DNA of 64,000 nt from Octopus sinensis (taxonomy: Eukaryota), in assembly GCF_006345805.1 (NCBI RefSeq), contig NC_043009.1, positions 24,924,001 through 24,988,000 on the forward strand. The letters run 5' to 3'. Below the pieces are notes generated by a model. It saw only the letters and a program-made list of their open reading frames with translations. It was not told the origin of the DNA and did no database searches. Made by a program: the position numbers and the translations under genes. Below are positions 25,440 to 39,339 of the stretch, piece by piece; position 1 is the stretch's first letter; the number at the start of each line of letters is the position of its first letter.

Positions 25440-25500
25440 GATAAAACTCCGAATTTCGGATGTCGGGGCGGAAACCCACGCCAGCATCTCTTCAGTTATC
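25440..25500 (-). ncRNA. Minus-strand minimal hammerhead motif (candidate)
   Basis: Minus strand: gataa-CTGAAGA-gatg-ct-ggcg(tgggtttc)cgcc-ccga-catc-c-GAAA-ttcggagT-T-ttatc. Stem I gataa/ttatc, extended stem II with a bulged C, near-palindromic stem III ATTCGGAGT, GUU triplet. Confidence 0.5.
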
Positions 25501-25536
25501 GGGCCATCGAAAAAATTGCTATGAAAAAAAATGTGT

Positions 25537-25580
<44 letters not shown>

Positions 25581-25989
25581 ATATCAATTGGTAAAAGTTA
25601 TAGAGTGACCCAAGGGCAAAGAGTTTCGTGCAATGGCCGCCGTTATGAAATGCATGGAACACCCGGCCCTCGTGTCACTTTGTAAGTTCTGCCGATCAAT
25701 AACACACACACACACGCACGCTTTGATTCCTTTTTCCTGTTCGCATCTATCTATCTATCTATCTACATTATATATATATATAAACTATAAACATGTCTAT
25801 TATTACATATGTACATAGATAGGGAAGACTAGACTAGAAAGATAGATAGAAAAATATAGAGAGAGATATATATAAATGCATATAAGTATGTGTAATATAC
25901 ATGTTCATATATCAAACAAGCTATGGTGAATCTGCTTCGAGTAACAGCTGCTTGACATCAAATGTATTCATTAATTCTTATATATGTAT

Positions 25990-26045
<56 letters not shown>

Positions 26046-26165
26046 TATAAATTCACGTACACATACTTCCATGTTACGATTTCTTTGATCATTCAGGCCG
26101 CCCCCACCTCCTCATTAACGTGCTTACGCCTTGCTTTTACCGATTTTTCCCCTCTTTATTTTTTA

Positions 26166-26197
<32 letters not shown>

Positions 26198-26413
26198 TTG
26201 CTTTGGTTTTACTCACCGTATAAACCCACAACCCCCGCACAACCTACCCACCATTATCTCTGTTGGAGAGAACCACAGAACCAGCATGACATAACAAGAA
26301 AGCAAATATCTTTCTTACCTTTCAATCGAAGAACTGAACGCAGCCACAATTATATTAATAGTAGCATTATTGTTATTAGTATTACTTAAAACGCAAGATG
26401 GCATGTATTATAT

Positions 26414-26459
<46 letters not shown>

Positions 26460-26702
26460 CGTGATATCTTGATTAGGTCTGTAACGAAGTTTCAATGAAG
26501 TTTATAGTAAGGTAGAAAAATCCGTCCGTAGGTTGAAGTGATAACTTACCTAGAAAGAGAAGAAAGAAAAACAGATTATTAATGCGGAATGAAAACAGTA
26601 ATTAGAAAAAAAGAAACAAACATAAGAAAATAACGAACGTATGCATGCATGCATGCATGTATCTATGCATGCATGCATATATGTATGTATATGTATGTAT
26701 GT

Positions 26703-26771
26703 AGAGTAAGCCCTCGCCATAGCGCGGTTCACCTATCGCGGTTCACCCATCGCGGTTCACCTATCGCGGTT
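26703..26771 (+). mobile_element. Tigger/pogo-like TIR fragment with a 14-bp tandem repeat x4
   Basis: gagtaagccctcgccatagcgcgg followed by (tatcgcggttcacc)n at 26720-26771. Confidence 0.5.
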
Positions 26772-28369
26772 TATTATCTAAGCTTAAATCAATTCCTCCG
26801 TGATGTTGTTTTGCGTTTATGATATAGTAAATATATACAAATTATAAAAATTATTTACAGGCGTAGGACTGGCTGTGCGGTAAGTAGTTTGCTTACGAAC
26901 CACATGGTGTATTACTGGTATTCGTCTTATATTTCTATATTTCATTGCGTTTTTTTCCTGCTGTCTCTTTCCTAACCAGATGGAGAACAAGTCGAGACCT
27001 TTAGATAAAAAAAAAAAAGTCCGATGCTGGTATTCGAACCCGTCACGGAGATTTGCAATGAATATAACATGCAACAAAGGATTTAGTTGCATGTTACTGG
27101 TTGGTGGTGGCGCTGTTGTTGCTGATGACGATGACGACGAGTATCATGATGACGACGATCATGCCGTCACCGACGACGATTGTTGATGATGATGATGATG
27201 ATGATAATGAAGGTGATAATGACAATCATGAGAATGATGGCAATGATGATGATGATAATGATGACGGTGGTGGTGATGATGTTTTAGCTTCATATAGGTC
27301 ATCAATCCCTGATCGAACTGACAAGACATGGTGATCAATCAATGATCAATAATGAATCAAAAGCTTATTACAACTACCATCCAAAATTATTTTAGCTGCT
27401 GTTTTTAAGAAGGTCGAACAGCCAAATTAAGATTCCATCGTTGGTTCGCTTCTTCCTCGATCGATTTCTACCACCACCGCCATCATCATCATTTTCATGT
27501 GTGTGTGTGAAGAGGGTTATTATCTGCAGCTGATAATCTATATGTAAATTTTAGCTCAAGTTTTAGTCTTGGTTCTCCTCTGCTCCCCCCCACTACTTCT
27601 CTTCCTCCCCATTGTCCTCCCACTCTCTCTCTCTCGTTGTCCTTCGGTCTCCCCTGTTTCTCTCCAGCTCAATCGGAGAGCAAACCGCCTTCTTTACATA
27701 ATAACAAGTGCGTCAGTCCATCCGGACCACCTGGACGTTGGGTTCGGAAGACCACGGAAGATGTCTTCTACCAAAATGAGAGAGAGAGAGTGAGAGAGAG
27801 AGAGTGAGAGAGAGAGAGACGAAGAGGGCCTGTGTACGCGCGTGCATCAGAGAGTGAGGGAGAGAGAGACAGGAGATGACCTTTGAGGTCACGCAGACCC
27901 TTAAGCAGATAATCCGTTATTTATTGCTGGGTTTCCTTGCCAATAATACTGTCAGTCAATCCTTAATCCTGGCTCACGCAACAACACAACAACCATCATG
28001 GCCGCGACAATGCTAAACGACAGAGCGAAGTGACGCGGTCGTAAGATGCCGATGATGATGATGATGATATGATTACGATGTTGGAAGAGTTTCAACAACG
28101 ATGCCAACAGCAGAGCAGATCAGATGAACTTGAAGATACAGAGTTCAAATCCCGCTTAAGTTTTGACTTAAGACTTTTAAGCTTCGCAATCCGAACGAGG
28201 TCGGTAAAAGTTAGTTACCTTCTTTTTTCTTTCTTTCTCTTGGCATGACAGATTAGTTAAATACAGAATCAGAAATTCTAGAACACCAGACCGCTAAACG
28301 TGTTCTAAAGATTTGTATTAGTTGTAGAGGCAGGTACGGCAGTAAATGCCACGAGTTTATTATTTCCTA

Positions 28370-28920
28370 GCGTTCCTTTGCAATCTGCGTTCGAATCACG
28401 ACACCATCAACTTTGTTTTTCACCCTTCCAGGTTTAACAAGATAAAATACCAGTAATGAACTAGGGGTTGATGCAACTGACTGCTCTCTTCCAGCTAATT
28501 CCTAGCCTTGTGTCTATCTAAGAAGAAATCACAAAATGCTTTGCTATATTAATTCAGAATTTTTGTTCTGAGTTCAAATCCAACCAGAGTCAATATAATT
28601 CTCATCCTTTCGGGTCGATAAATGAAGTGCCACACAAGTACTGGAGTCGATGCAATCGATCACCCCACCGCATTAAGTCAATGGTCATGTGCAAATTTTG
28701 AAATAATAATAATGATAATACTTTCTACTATAGGCACAAGGCCTGAAATTTGGGGGAAGGGGATAATCGATTACATCTGGTACTTAATTTATCGACCCCC
28801 GAAAGGATTTAAGGCAAAGTCGACCCCGGCGGAATTTGAACTCAGAACGTAACGGCAGACGAAATACCGCTAAACATTTCGCCTAGCGAGCTAACGATTC
28901 TGCCAGCTCACTGCCTTTGA

Positions 28921-28951
<31 letters not shown>

Positions 28952-29135
28952 CATTATTAAAACGGCGAGCTGGCAGAACCGTTAGCACACCGGGCGGAAT
29001 GCTTAGCGGCATTTCGTCCGTCGTTACGTTCTAAGTTCAAATTCGGCCGATGTCGACTTTACCTTTCATCCTTTCGGGGTCAATAAAACAAATACTGGTC
29101 ATGTACCGGGGAAGATGTAATCGACTGCCCCTCCC
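28370..29135. mobile_element. Cluster of four SINE family B copies (+ 28370-28530, + 28545-28690, - 28730-28918, + 28959-29135)
   Basis: Direct similarity to family B; the last two are head-to-head around (AAT)n. Confidence 0.8.
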
Positions 29136-30362
29136 CTCAAAACACCACTGCTTCAAGGCACAAGTCCAAGCAAGGTTTATGGGAAGACCAGCAGTCACCC
29201 ATGCACACCAGCCCCTCCTCTTCGTGCCACTGATGGTATCCAAGGGAAAGGCAAAGAGGCCGATACAGCTTGGCACCTGTAACATCACAACTCGTTTCTA
29301 CAGCTGAGTGAACTGGAGCAATTTGAAATAAAGTGTCTTGCTCAAGAACACAACACACAACTAGGTCTGGGAATCGAACTCACTGACTCAAGATTATGAG
29401 ACCGACGCTCTAGCCAGAGTTATGTACCTTAACCTAGATACCAACAAACATATATAATATGCACAAACATCTACGTGTATTCCCTCAACGACCATGTGGT
29501 CCTTTTGTGTATATCTAGGGGCACTTTTTCTAATATATCATGTCCTTCTTTTAAGCGCGTGGAGCTGAGATGTGGATGCTATCTCTAGCAGCTGGGATAT
29601 AAAGGGTACACAGCATAGTAAGGCTACAACAAACCATAATCTCCAGTAAAGTGGGTGTGAGAGAGAGAGTGAGAGAGAGAGAGAGAGAGAGAGTGAGAGA
29701 GAGAGAGAGTGGGAGAGAGAGAGAGAGTGAGAGAGTGAGATAGAGAGAGAGAGAGAGAGTGGGAGACAGGGTGTGTGAGTGACTGCGCGTGCGAGCGTGT
29801 ATGTGTAAATGTAGGTAGGAAGGCGAGAGTAAAAAGACATGGCTGGAAAAATTAATTAAAAGTTCGTTGATTAGGAAATCAACAGACATATAGATAGATA
29901 GAGAGAGAGAGAGAGAGAAAGAGGGAGTCGGGGAAGAGAAAAGGGGAGGAGAGATAGAAGGAGAGGTAGATGGCGGTGACACATTCTGTGCTTTCTTTTT
30001 AATCAAGTCCAGATTAATGAATATGCAAGTGTGTGTGTGTGTGTGTAACTAGATATTCATGTAAATCCTTTATACATAAGCGCGAGGGCATACACACGCG
30101 CACACATATTTGTGTGTACGGTGTGTAGGATGGATGGATGGATGAAAAGACAGAGAAAGATATGTAGATAAACAGAGATATAGATGGATAGATGGACAGA
30201 TAGATATATAGACAGGCCTAGACAAAGAAATAGACAGACAGACAGACATTTCTTTATTGGCCACGCAGGGCTAAACACAGAAGGGACAAAATACAAAATA
30301 GAACTTTTGTTTTTGGGAAGGGAAAAAAAAAAGGGGGGGGGGGTAAATGAATCATGCATCAC

Positions 30363-30397
<35 letters not shown>

Positions 30398-31067
30398 TAG
30401 AGAGAGAGGTAGATAGATATAGAGAGAGAGGTAGATAGATAGATAGATAGATAGATAGACAGACGACAAACAGATAGATAGGTAGGTAGATAAAGAGATA
30501 AACAGAGAGACCGAGATACACACACAGTGTCGACAGCAGTGTTTCCTCTCACTCCAGTGATTCTGAAACATTGTCACCATGTAATTTACATAATGTATGC
30601 ATGTGGAAGCAAAGTCGCTAGTTCGATCCTCGTATAGCTCGCTCTTGAAAGCCAATGTATACATGGCACAACCTTGATGACACAGCGGTGTGTGTGTTTC
30701 GCAAAAGAGGCGAAAGTCACACACACACAAAAATTAACCCCTTAACCTAGACATGCACTTCTAGCTGCTTTTTACTGTATTCAGGGGTCATATATATGAA
30801 CCCTGAAGAAAAGCTACAGAGCACTCTCGCAACACTTATAGCGCCTTTATCTCATCGATCCGGATAAACGAAGGGCAAAGTCGATCTCGGCGAGATAGGA
30901 GACAAGATCGTAGAGGGCCGAAAGTAACACCGCAAGGCACCCCCCCCCCCCAATACACACCCTCCCCTCCTACACTCTAAAATAACAAAATGATTTAAAC
31001 GATAGAATTCACTAGTAAAAAAAAAAAGAAACTTTTTAAAACTCATCAGTAATAATAATAATAATCT

Positions 31068-31521
31068 TTTCTATTATAGGCACAAGGCCCGGAAAGGGAG
31101 GGGGATAATTAATCACATCGACCCCTGTGCTTGACTGGCAATTAAATTTCGACTTTGATAGGACGAAAGAGAAAGACAGAAAGAAAAAAAAAAGCAAAGT
31201 CGACGAAATTTGAACCCCAAATGTAAGGACGGACGAAATCCTGCTAAACATTTCACGCAGCGTGCTAACAATTCTTTCCGTTCGCCACTTTAATAATAAT
31301 AATTATCATTATTTCAAATTTTTGCCACAAAGGCAACTTGGGGAGGTGGAACGAGTCGATTACATTGACCCCAGTATTCACCTGGTACTTATTTTATCGA
31401 CCTTGAAAGGATGAAAGGCAAAGTCGACCTCGGTGGAATTTGAACTCAGAACGTAGCGGCAAGCGAAATACTGCTAAGGATTTCGCCCGGCGTGCTAACC
31501 TTCCTGCCAGCTCGCCACCTA

Positions 31522-31558
<37 letters not shown>

Positions 31559-31736
31559 TCCTTTCTGCTAAAGGCAAAAGCCTGAAATTTTTGTTGAGAG
31601 GTGGGAGTGGCTAGTCGAAAAAAGATGAAGGGCAAAGACGACCTCTGCAGAATTTGAACTCGGAACGTAAACACGAGCGAAATGCCGCTAAGGAATTTCG
31701 CCCGGCGTGCTAACCGTTCTGCCAGTTCGTCGCCTT
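31068..31736 (-). mobile_element. Three tandem same-orientation SINE family B copies joined by (AAT)n
   Basis: Copies at about 31068-31290, 31322-31520 and 31560-31736, each followed on + by aataataat. Confidence 0.8.
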
Positions 31737-32267
31737 AATAAGCACATTACTACTACTTCTACTACTACTACTAAATAATAATAATGATTTCTTTATTAAC
31801 CGCAAGGGTTTACATTAAGAAAAACATTATGGACAGTACAGGACAAAACAAAGAATGTGTGTGTTCATGAACTGTCACAGCCAAAATTCAAGTCTAGGCA
31901 GCTTTTCAACTTTGACCCCACCAGCACAATGTGGTGTATAGCGGCGGCGGCGCCGGTGGTGGTAGTGTTAGTGGTACTCGTGTTGTTTTGGGGAGGCGAT
32001 GGGGGGGGTCTTCAGGTGAAGTTGTCAATGCTAAGCCAAGTCAGTTAGTAAACACACAACGCACGCGTGTACACATTGTACGTAGGCATATACACTAACA
32101 GGAAGAAAACATCGACTCCATCATGATCATCATCATGATTACTACTATGCGTTTATAGTAGAAGTAGTAGTAGTAGTAAAACAAGCTATTTTGCCAAAGT
32201 ATTTTAATGATAGCAAATGTTATATATTAACTATATTTCAAGAGGCAGCAACGCACACAGGCGTAAA

Positions 32268-32307
<40 letters not shown>

Positions 32308-33011
32308 TATATATACACACACCCACACGCAGACACATTACTAGTACACACACACATCAATATATATATATATATATGGTTATATATACATACATACACA
32401 CACATATATATACACACACAACCAGTTATATGTACATGCACACATACATACGTAGAAAAGAGAGAGAGAAAGAAAGAGAGTGGGGAGAAAAGAAAGAGGA
32501 GGAAGCAGAAACAGAGAGAAAGAATGCAACAACCACTTTTAAGTTTTGGCGAAAGATTGGAGGGAGGAGGAGAAGGAAAGAGAGAGAGAGGAAGGGAAGA
32601 AAAAAGGGGGAGGAGGAGGAGTTAAGTCGTTGGTTTAGTAGCTTAACAACAGCAACAACAATAGCAACAACACTAATATTATATTTTACACTGCACTTGT
32701 TGCATCAAACACACACACACACACACACACATCCGCGCGCGCACGTGTAGTGTTGCGTTAATGTAGTGAGAGTATGTGTGGGTTTGGCGAATTGAGGAGA
32801 AAGGAGAGCAGGGATGAGAAGGAAGAAGGGGAAGGATAATTTGAGAATAGGGAAATGTGGAAGGATGTATTAATTGGAGCAACGAGAGACGTGCTAAAGC
32901 CGTTGCAGCTGTTATTCCTCTTCTTGTTTAAATTTACTAGACTTTGATGAGGAGTTACTGCCCATAATATTTAGAGGTATTCCGGATTCATCAAACGTTA
33001 AACAGACACCT

Positions 33012-33345
33012 GTGGTAAGAAGCTTGGTTCCGAGTTCAGTCCCACCGCGTGACACCTTGGCCAAGTGTCTTCTACTATAGCCTCGGGCCGACCAAAAGCC
33101 CTGTGAGCGGATTTGGTAGACGGATACCGAAAGAAGCCTGTCGTATATATTTGTGTTTTTGTGTCTATCCATCACCACCGCTTGACAACCGGTGTCGCTA
33201 TACTTGTGTCCCCCGTAACTTAGAGCTCAAGCAAAAAAGGAACGTTAGAATGAGTACCAGGCTTTAAAAAAAGTACTTGGTCGATTCGTCGACTAAAAGA
33301 ATTCAAGGCGGTGCCTCAGCATGGCCGTAGCCTCATGATTGAAAC
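33012..33345 (+). mobile_element. SINE family A
   Basis: gtggtaagaagcttggttccgagttcagtccc...cagcatggccgtag. Confidence 0.8.
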
Positions 33346-34125
33346 AAAGACATACATGCGCGCGCACACACACTATATATATATATTCGTTTGGTAGAAT
33401 TTCTGTCGTGTCTACAAATGTGTGTTCGATTTCCACGGGCAACCTTCGACTTGCGTTCTATCCAACGGTTTTCTTTTGTTTTAAACCAGATATTTACATA
33501 TTGCTATTTTTAGTTTAATCTACTGCGAGTTCAGACTTTTAAAAACAAATTATTTCACGTTCTCTCGAACGTTGCTGTATGGTATGAAGTTTCCTTGTCA
33601 ACCACATGGCTCCGAGTTCAGTCTTGGTACTTTAGGTAAGTGTCTTCGGCTATAACCTCGGGCTAGCCAATGCCTTGTCAGTGGATTTCGTAGACGGTAA
33701 CTGAAAGAAACCCGTCGTGTGTGCGTGTAAGCGTGTGAGCTTGACGTGCGTGCGTGTGTGCACACGCATGTCATAGAATACTGCAGGATTATAACGCTGC
33801 GGCTGCAGGAGGCCCTAAAAGGGTGCAACGAATAGCAAACCCTTAGAGAGCAGCAGAGTTACACTTTGGTCCAAACCATGGAGATCAAATTGTATCTTTT
33901 ATCTTAATGGGATCAGCAAAGAGTAAAGAAAGAAAAATCGATTCGATGAGCCACACTCCGCTTCTGTAAATTATACTTGCTGGTCATCGATGGTGGCCGT
34001 GGTGGGAAATGAGACTGCGTCAGTGACGGGTAAACCGAGGCCCGCGAGACTTTCTAAATGATACGCCGATGAAAAATTACTTCGACAATGTTTCAGTAGT
34101 GCGGCTCATCTGATGATAGGTAAGT

Positions 34126-34259
34126 CATGTATCATGCAGCCCACGTGATAAGCCATGTCTCATGCGGCTCACTTGATCATGAACCATGTCTTATGCGGCC
34201 CACTTGATCATGAACCATGTCTTATGCGGCCCACTTGATCATGAACCATGTCTTATGCG
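34126..34259. repeat. 31-bp minisatellite (catgtcttatgcggcccacttgatcatgaac), about 4 units
   Basis: Units start at 34154, 34185, 34216 and 34247, plus a degenerate unit at 34126. Confidence 0.9.
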
Positions 34260-35130
34260 ACTTGCTTCTCCAAAAAGCGCTGCTCGTACCTGCTCTATGC
34301 GGTCGCTGGCTCTGCTAGAAGTAACAGTCGAAGATCCCTCGACAAACAACAAAGGACGGTATCGCCGTCAGAGAAGCTGACACACGAAATGAGAAAGTCT
34401 TCTCTCTTAGTGATGGTCACGACTCGAACGCTTTTTACATCATTGTTGACCTAGCATCAAACTACCAATATTACTGATTCTAGAGTAGGAAGACAATATA
34501 CTGGAGAATACACTTAAAACATCGTCTTTGAATGAAAAGTGATGAGAATTCCGTCACAAGGGAAGAAGTCGCGTGAGCACGTACACACACACGCATACAC
34601 ATACGATCATACACACATGCACACACGTGCATACAGATAAACGGACATAGAAACACACACACGTACAGACACGCAATTTGTCCATCCACAACCAACAGAA
34701 ATTTTCAGAAGATCAAAAAGAAAACAAAAAAAGGGTGTGTATGCGGATTAAGTGTGTGTGTGTGTGTGTGTTTAGAGGGTAACAAAAGTATAAGTATGCG
34801 TGTGAGGAAGAGAGAAAGAGAGGAGGGAAAGACAGGCAGACAGACAAAGACGAAAGGAAACACCAGTATTGTTTTCTGTATTGTCTGTGACACCCATCAT
34901 CATCATCATCATCAACAGACAATGAAGAGGTGACTGCGTACAAAACAATTGTAAACTATCTCTTTATAACTATCGTACTTGCTTAAAGATTACACACTTG
35001 CACACACGCACGCACCACAATGAGACGAACACTCAGATACACACACACACACACACACAGAATGATAAGAGCGCACACTCACAAACGCACAAACACACAT
35101 ACTGGCGTACACATAACTTACATACACAAT

Positions 35131-35165
<35 letters not shown>

Positions 35166-35910
35166 CTCTTGATGTTCTGATTTCAAGTCCCACCGAGGTC
35201 AACTTCACATTTTTCATCTGGAGGGACGATGAAATCTATCAAGTACCAGTAAGACAGTGAGGGTCATTATAATCCGTTATAATCCTTGTGCCTCTCTTAG
35301 TAAATGGCTGTGTGGTAAGAAGCTTGATTCTGGGTTCAATCCCAATGCATGGCAACTTGGGCAAGTGTCATGCTATAGACTTGCGCTGTCCAAAGCCTTG
35401 TAAATGTATTTGGTAGGCGGAAACTGTAAGAAGCCCGTCGTCTATACATATGTATATGTCCGCGCATGCGTATGTATGTGTCTTTACTCAGAAAGGCTTC
35501 AATTGACCGAAGGCTATTAGTAATACAGCATTTCCCCGCAAAAGGCAGAAAGTCGAATCGAACCCGATACCTCTCGGTTGCCAAGGGAAAGTCGTCCCCC
35601 AGAATGGGGACGGGTATATTAGATGACACTTATCCAGAATAACGCTCTGTAGGATTCGAACGCTGGGCCTTTTGGTTGCAGAACTAACATCCTGAAAAAT
35701 TCATCCAGGGCTGGATGGACACAAGGCTGCAGTTAAAGGCAGGTAAGGGCTACTTGTACAGGTAACAAGGGGTGGACAAGGTTCGTCGATAAAATAAGTT
35801 GTATAAACATCGTAACACACTTCGTCCCATGTTGAAATCAAAGGAAATTTCGATAAACTGACGCTTCAGCAACACTTAAGTAGTATTCATATACATATAT
35901 ACATACATGT

Positions 35911-35954
<44 letters not shown>

Positions 35955-35966
35955 TATATAATAAGG

Positions 35967-36153
35967 TGTCCCAGAAGTCGGGCACCATTCTGGTTTTCAT
36001 TTAAAATAATTAAAGCATTTTGTTTTATTACATTTTTTTCTGCATGTTTTATTGTAGAGGGTGCTCAATTTGACCATTTCAATAAAGTGTTTTTGAAATC
36101 AATAAGGGTGTATTCTTTTAAAAACTAGGGGGAGGTGCGCAACTTCTGGGACA
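35967..36153. mobile_element. Tc1/mariner-like MITE in (TA)n
   Basis: 20-bp TIRs tgtcccagaagtcgggcacc / ggtgcgcaacttctgggaca (2 mismatches), flanked by TA-rich tracts. Confidence 0.75.
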
Positions 36154-36983
36154 TATATATTATATATATATATATATATATAGCATATGTATGTATATAC
36201 CTACATATTTCTGTCTGTATATCTATCTATATCTGTATAGCTAGCTATCTATCTATCTATCTATCTATATATATATATATCTATATATCTGTAAATCTAT
36301 ATATCTATCTATCTGTTTACCTACCTACCTACCTACCTACACGCATTGTTTTTATGCCAAGTTTTATATAAAAGCAATCGAAAAATAAACTGAAAGATTA
36401 CTCAAAATTTTAGTTTATTCCAGAAAAAAAAACGAATGATAGTGACTTCGAAGTCATACTTAGCTCGGGGTCACTCCCAATGTTGTTCCTCGTAAAAAGT
36501 GTGTGTATATATACACACACATGTATTGGGATTGATAGCCTGGGGAGAAATAAAAGCGGACGAGAGGCGGAAGACAGGGGTGATGTAATGGGCCAACAGA
36601 CGGAGGGAGGTGGTTAATGGCAAGGAGTGGGGTGGGGAAGAGAAATGAATAGGGGTGGATGATGGATTCGAGAGGAAGGCGGCCAGAATCCAACAGGGGT
36701 TGTAGATAGGGAGAAGAATTTAGAAACAACGATGGGAACATAATATCTAATGACACTTAAGGGGTGTGTGTGTGTGTGTGTGTGATTCCTTTACAGACTG
36801 CTTTACGTTCACATATTGAATACATGCACACACACACACGCCAGATATACACATACATATATTTTTTTTGCTATGTACACACATACATATTACATATAAT
36901 ATAAACGTGTATATTATATATATATATAATATATATATACTTATATACAAATATTAAACATTGAACTTTATACATATCTACAT

Positions 36984-37015
<32 letters not shown>

Positions 37016-37367
37016 TATATATATATATATATACACACACACACGCATACAAAAACACATATGTATCTCCCTATAAATACATTACGTTTCTATATACAAT
37101 ATATATATACATACGAATACGTACATATACACCTTGATATTACACTTGTACAACTTTATTTATCATATATAATATACATACATTTTTCATACATATATAC
37201 ATCACATACACACAGGATGTAGACGACGTGTCATTTGCATTAGGCAGAAAAGAAGAAAGAAGAAAAATATGAAACAAAGCCAAAAACGGGAGACAGGGGA
37301 AAAAAAACGATAACGGCACAAATGACAATAATAGTAAGAACCACAACAATAAACCCGTGCCACAGAC

Positions 37368-37403
<36 letters not shown>

Positions 37404-38679
37404 ATAGAAATTTATTCAGAAATATCAGATTCGATTCTACACTGGTACGTGAGGCTTTTCTTTTTCTTCAGTAATATTCCAGTCAATGCTCAAGTTATTT
37501 TCGTCTGCCTTAAAAAAATACATTAAGTGCGTGTATTTAAAGACAGACAGACAGATAGATAGGTAGATAGATAGATAAATAAGTAGAAAGATAAATAGAG
37601 AGACAGACAGCTAGACAAATATGGATGGATAACTTATGGAATGATACAAATTAAGCCGCATTTATTCATATGGATATGCTTAACTGGTAAAGTTTGAGCG
37701 TAGCACCTCACAAGTTAACAAAAACAAAAAACAAAGAAAAAACAAAAGGCAGGTTGAAAAGCGTGGCTGTGTGGTAAGAACATAGTTCCGGGTTCAATCC
37801 CACTGCATGGCGCCTTGGGCAAGAGTCTTCTATAGCCCCGGGCTATAGATTTGGTAGACGGAAACTGAAAGAAGCCCATTGAAATGCGTGTGTATATGTA
37901 TATATATATATATATATGTTTAAAATGAACATATGCGTATATATATATATATATTATATATATATATGTTAATAAAAATAGAACATATGCGTATATATAA
38001 CATTATGTACGTACCTACCTCTACATGTACATATACACGCATATATGTGTACAGGACACCAAAAAGACGTCGAACACATAGAGAGACGAAACACATAGAC
38101 ACAAACCAAGGAACAGGACAAGCAAAAAAAAAGGGATACAAGACAATTAGCACAACGATATATATATATATGTTGTGTGTGTGTGTGTGTGTGTGTGTGT
38201 TGTGAGGGAGAGAGAGCGCGTGTATTTGTCCCTCACAACCACTAAACAACCGACGTTGCTGTTTGCGTCCTTGTAACTTAGCAGTTCGGTGATAGTGTTC
38301 GACAGGATTCGTAGTGGGGTCAATTAATTCAACGAAAAAAATTCTTCTAGGCCGTGCCCCAGCATGGCCACAGAAACCAGTAAAAGTTACATAAGTACCC
38401 ATACATACACACACACACACACACATAAATAGTCTATACTTCTCATTATATATAAATATATATGTTCACAATACACGCATACACACATACACGTGTGTGT
38501 GTATGTTAATGCGGGTGTACAAAATAGATTAGGCAGATACTGTTTTAGGACGGACGAGCCAAGGAAGGAAAGGCGCGGAGAAGTAAATGTGTTTTCCGTA
38601 CATCTATTTTCTTTTTTTCTTCAATACTGTCCCCCGATGACATGGGCCCTTCTGGCCAATAAACGAAATAACAATAATC

Positions 38680-38868
38680 AAATTTTGCCCCAAGGGTAAC
38701 CAATCGATTACATTCACCCAAGTGTTTCACTGGCGCTCAATTTATCGACCTCGAAAGGATGAAAGGCAAAGTCGACCTCGGCGGGATTTGAACTCAGAAC
38801 GTAGCGACGGGCGAAATGCCGCTAAAGCATTTTACCCGGCGTGCTAACGATTCTGCCAGCTCACCGCC

Positions 38869-38870
<2 letters not shown>
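38680..38870 (-). mobile_element. SINE family B, CpGs intact
   Basis: atcgacctcgaaaggatgaaaggcaaagtcgacctcggcgggatttgaactcagaacgtagcg. Confidence 0.85.
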
Positions 38871-38915
<45 letters not shown>

Positions 38916-38944
38916 TTGTTTTTTAAGAATGTAACTCTAAGCAC

Positions 38945-38987
<43 letters not shown>

Positions 38988-39339
38988 GGTAGGAGGAGAG
39001 GGAACAGTCGAGGTTAATGGTTTATAAAACAGAGAAATGTAATGTCATTCGATTTTTATGTCTTGATACTTCCAGTTTTAATGTTGTTGTTTTTTTATTT
39101 TGTTTCTTTTTGTTGCTGGAGCGAGGGGAGACCAAAACCCTGCATCCTTACAGTAGGGGGGGGGGGAAAAACCACGAAACTACTTTCATAAGAAAACTTT
39201 TAACTATAAAAGGGTTTTCTGTGTTTTCCTTCACTTATGTACGTATCAACACACACACACAGACACACACACACACACACACACAGACACACACACAATG
39301 TGTGAGTGTGTATGAGAATATGAATCGGTATTCAATAGG

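Noticed and set aside
27942-27953. taatactgtcag, matching the first 12 nt of miR-8/miR-200-family mature sequence
   Set aside because: The downstream sequence diverges and no complementary 5' arm or hairpin is present.
30250-30265. attggccacg ERSE-II-like motif
   Set aside because: Spacing does not match ATTGG-N-CCACG, and it appears to lie in a repeat fragment.
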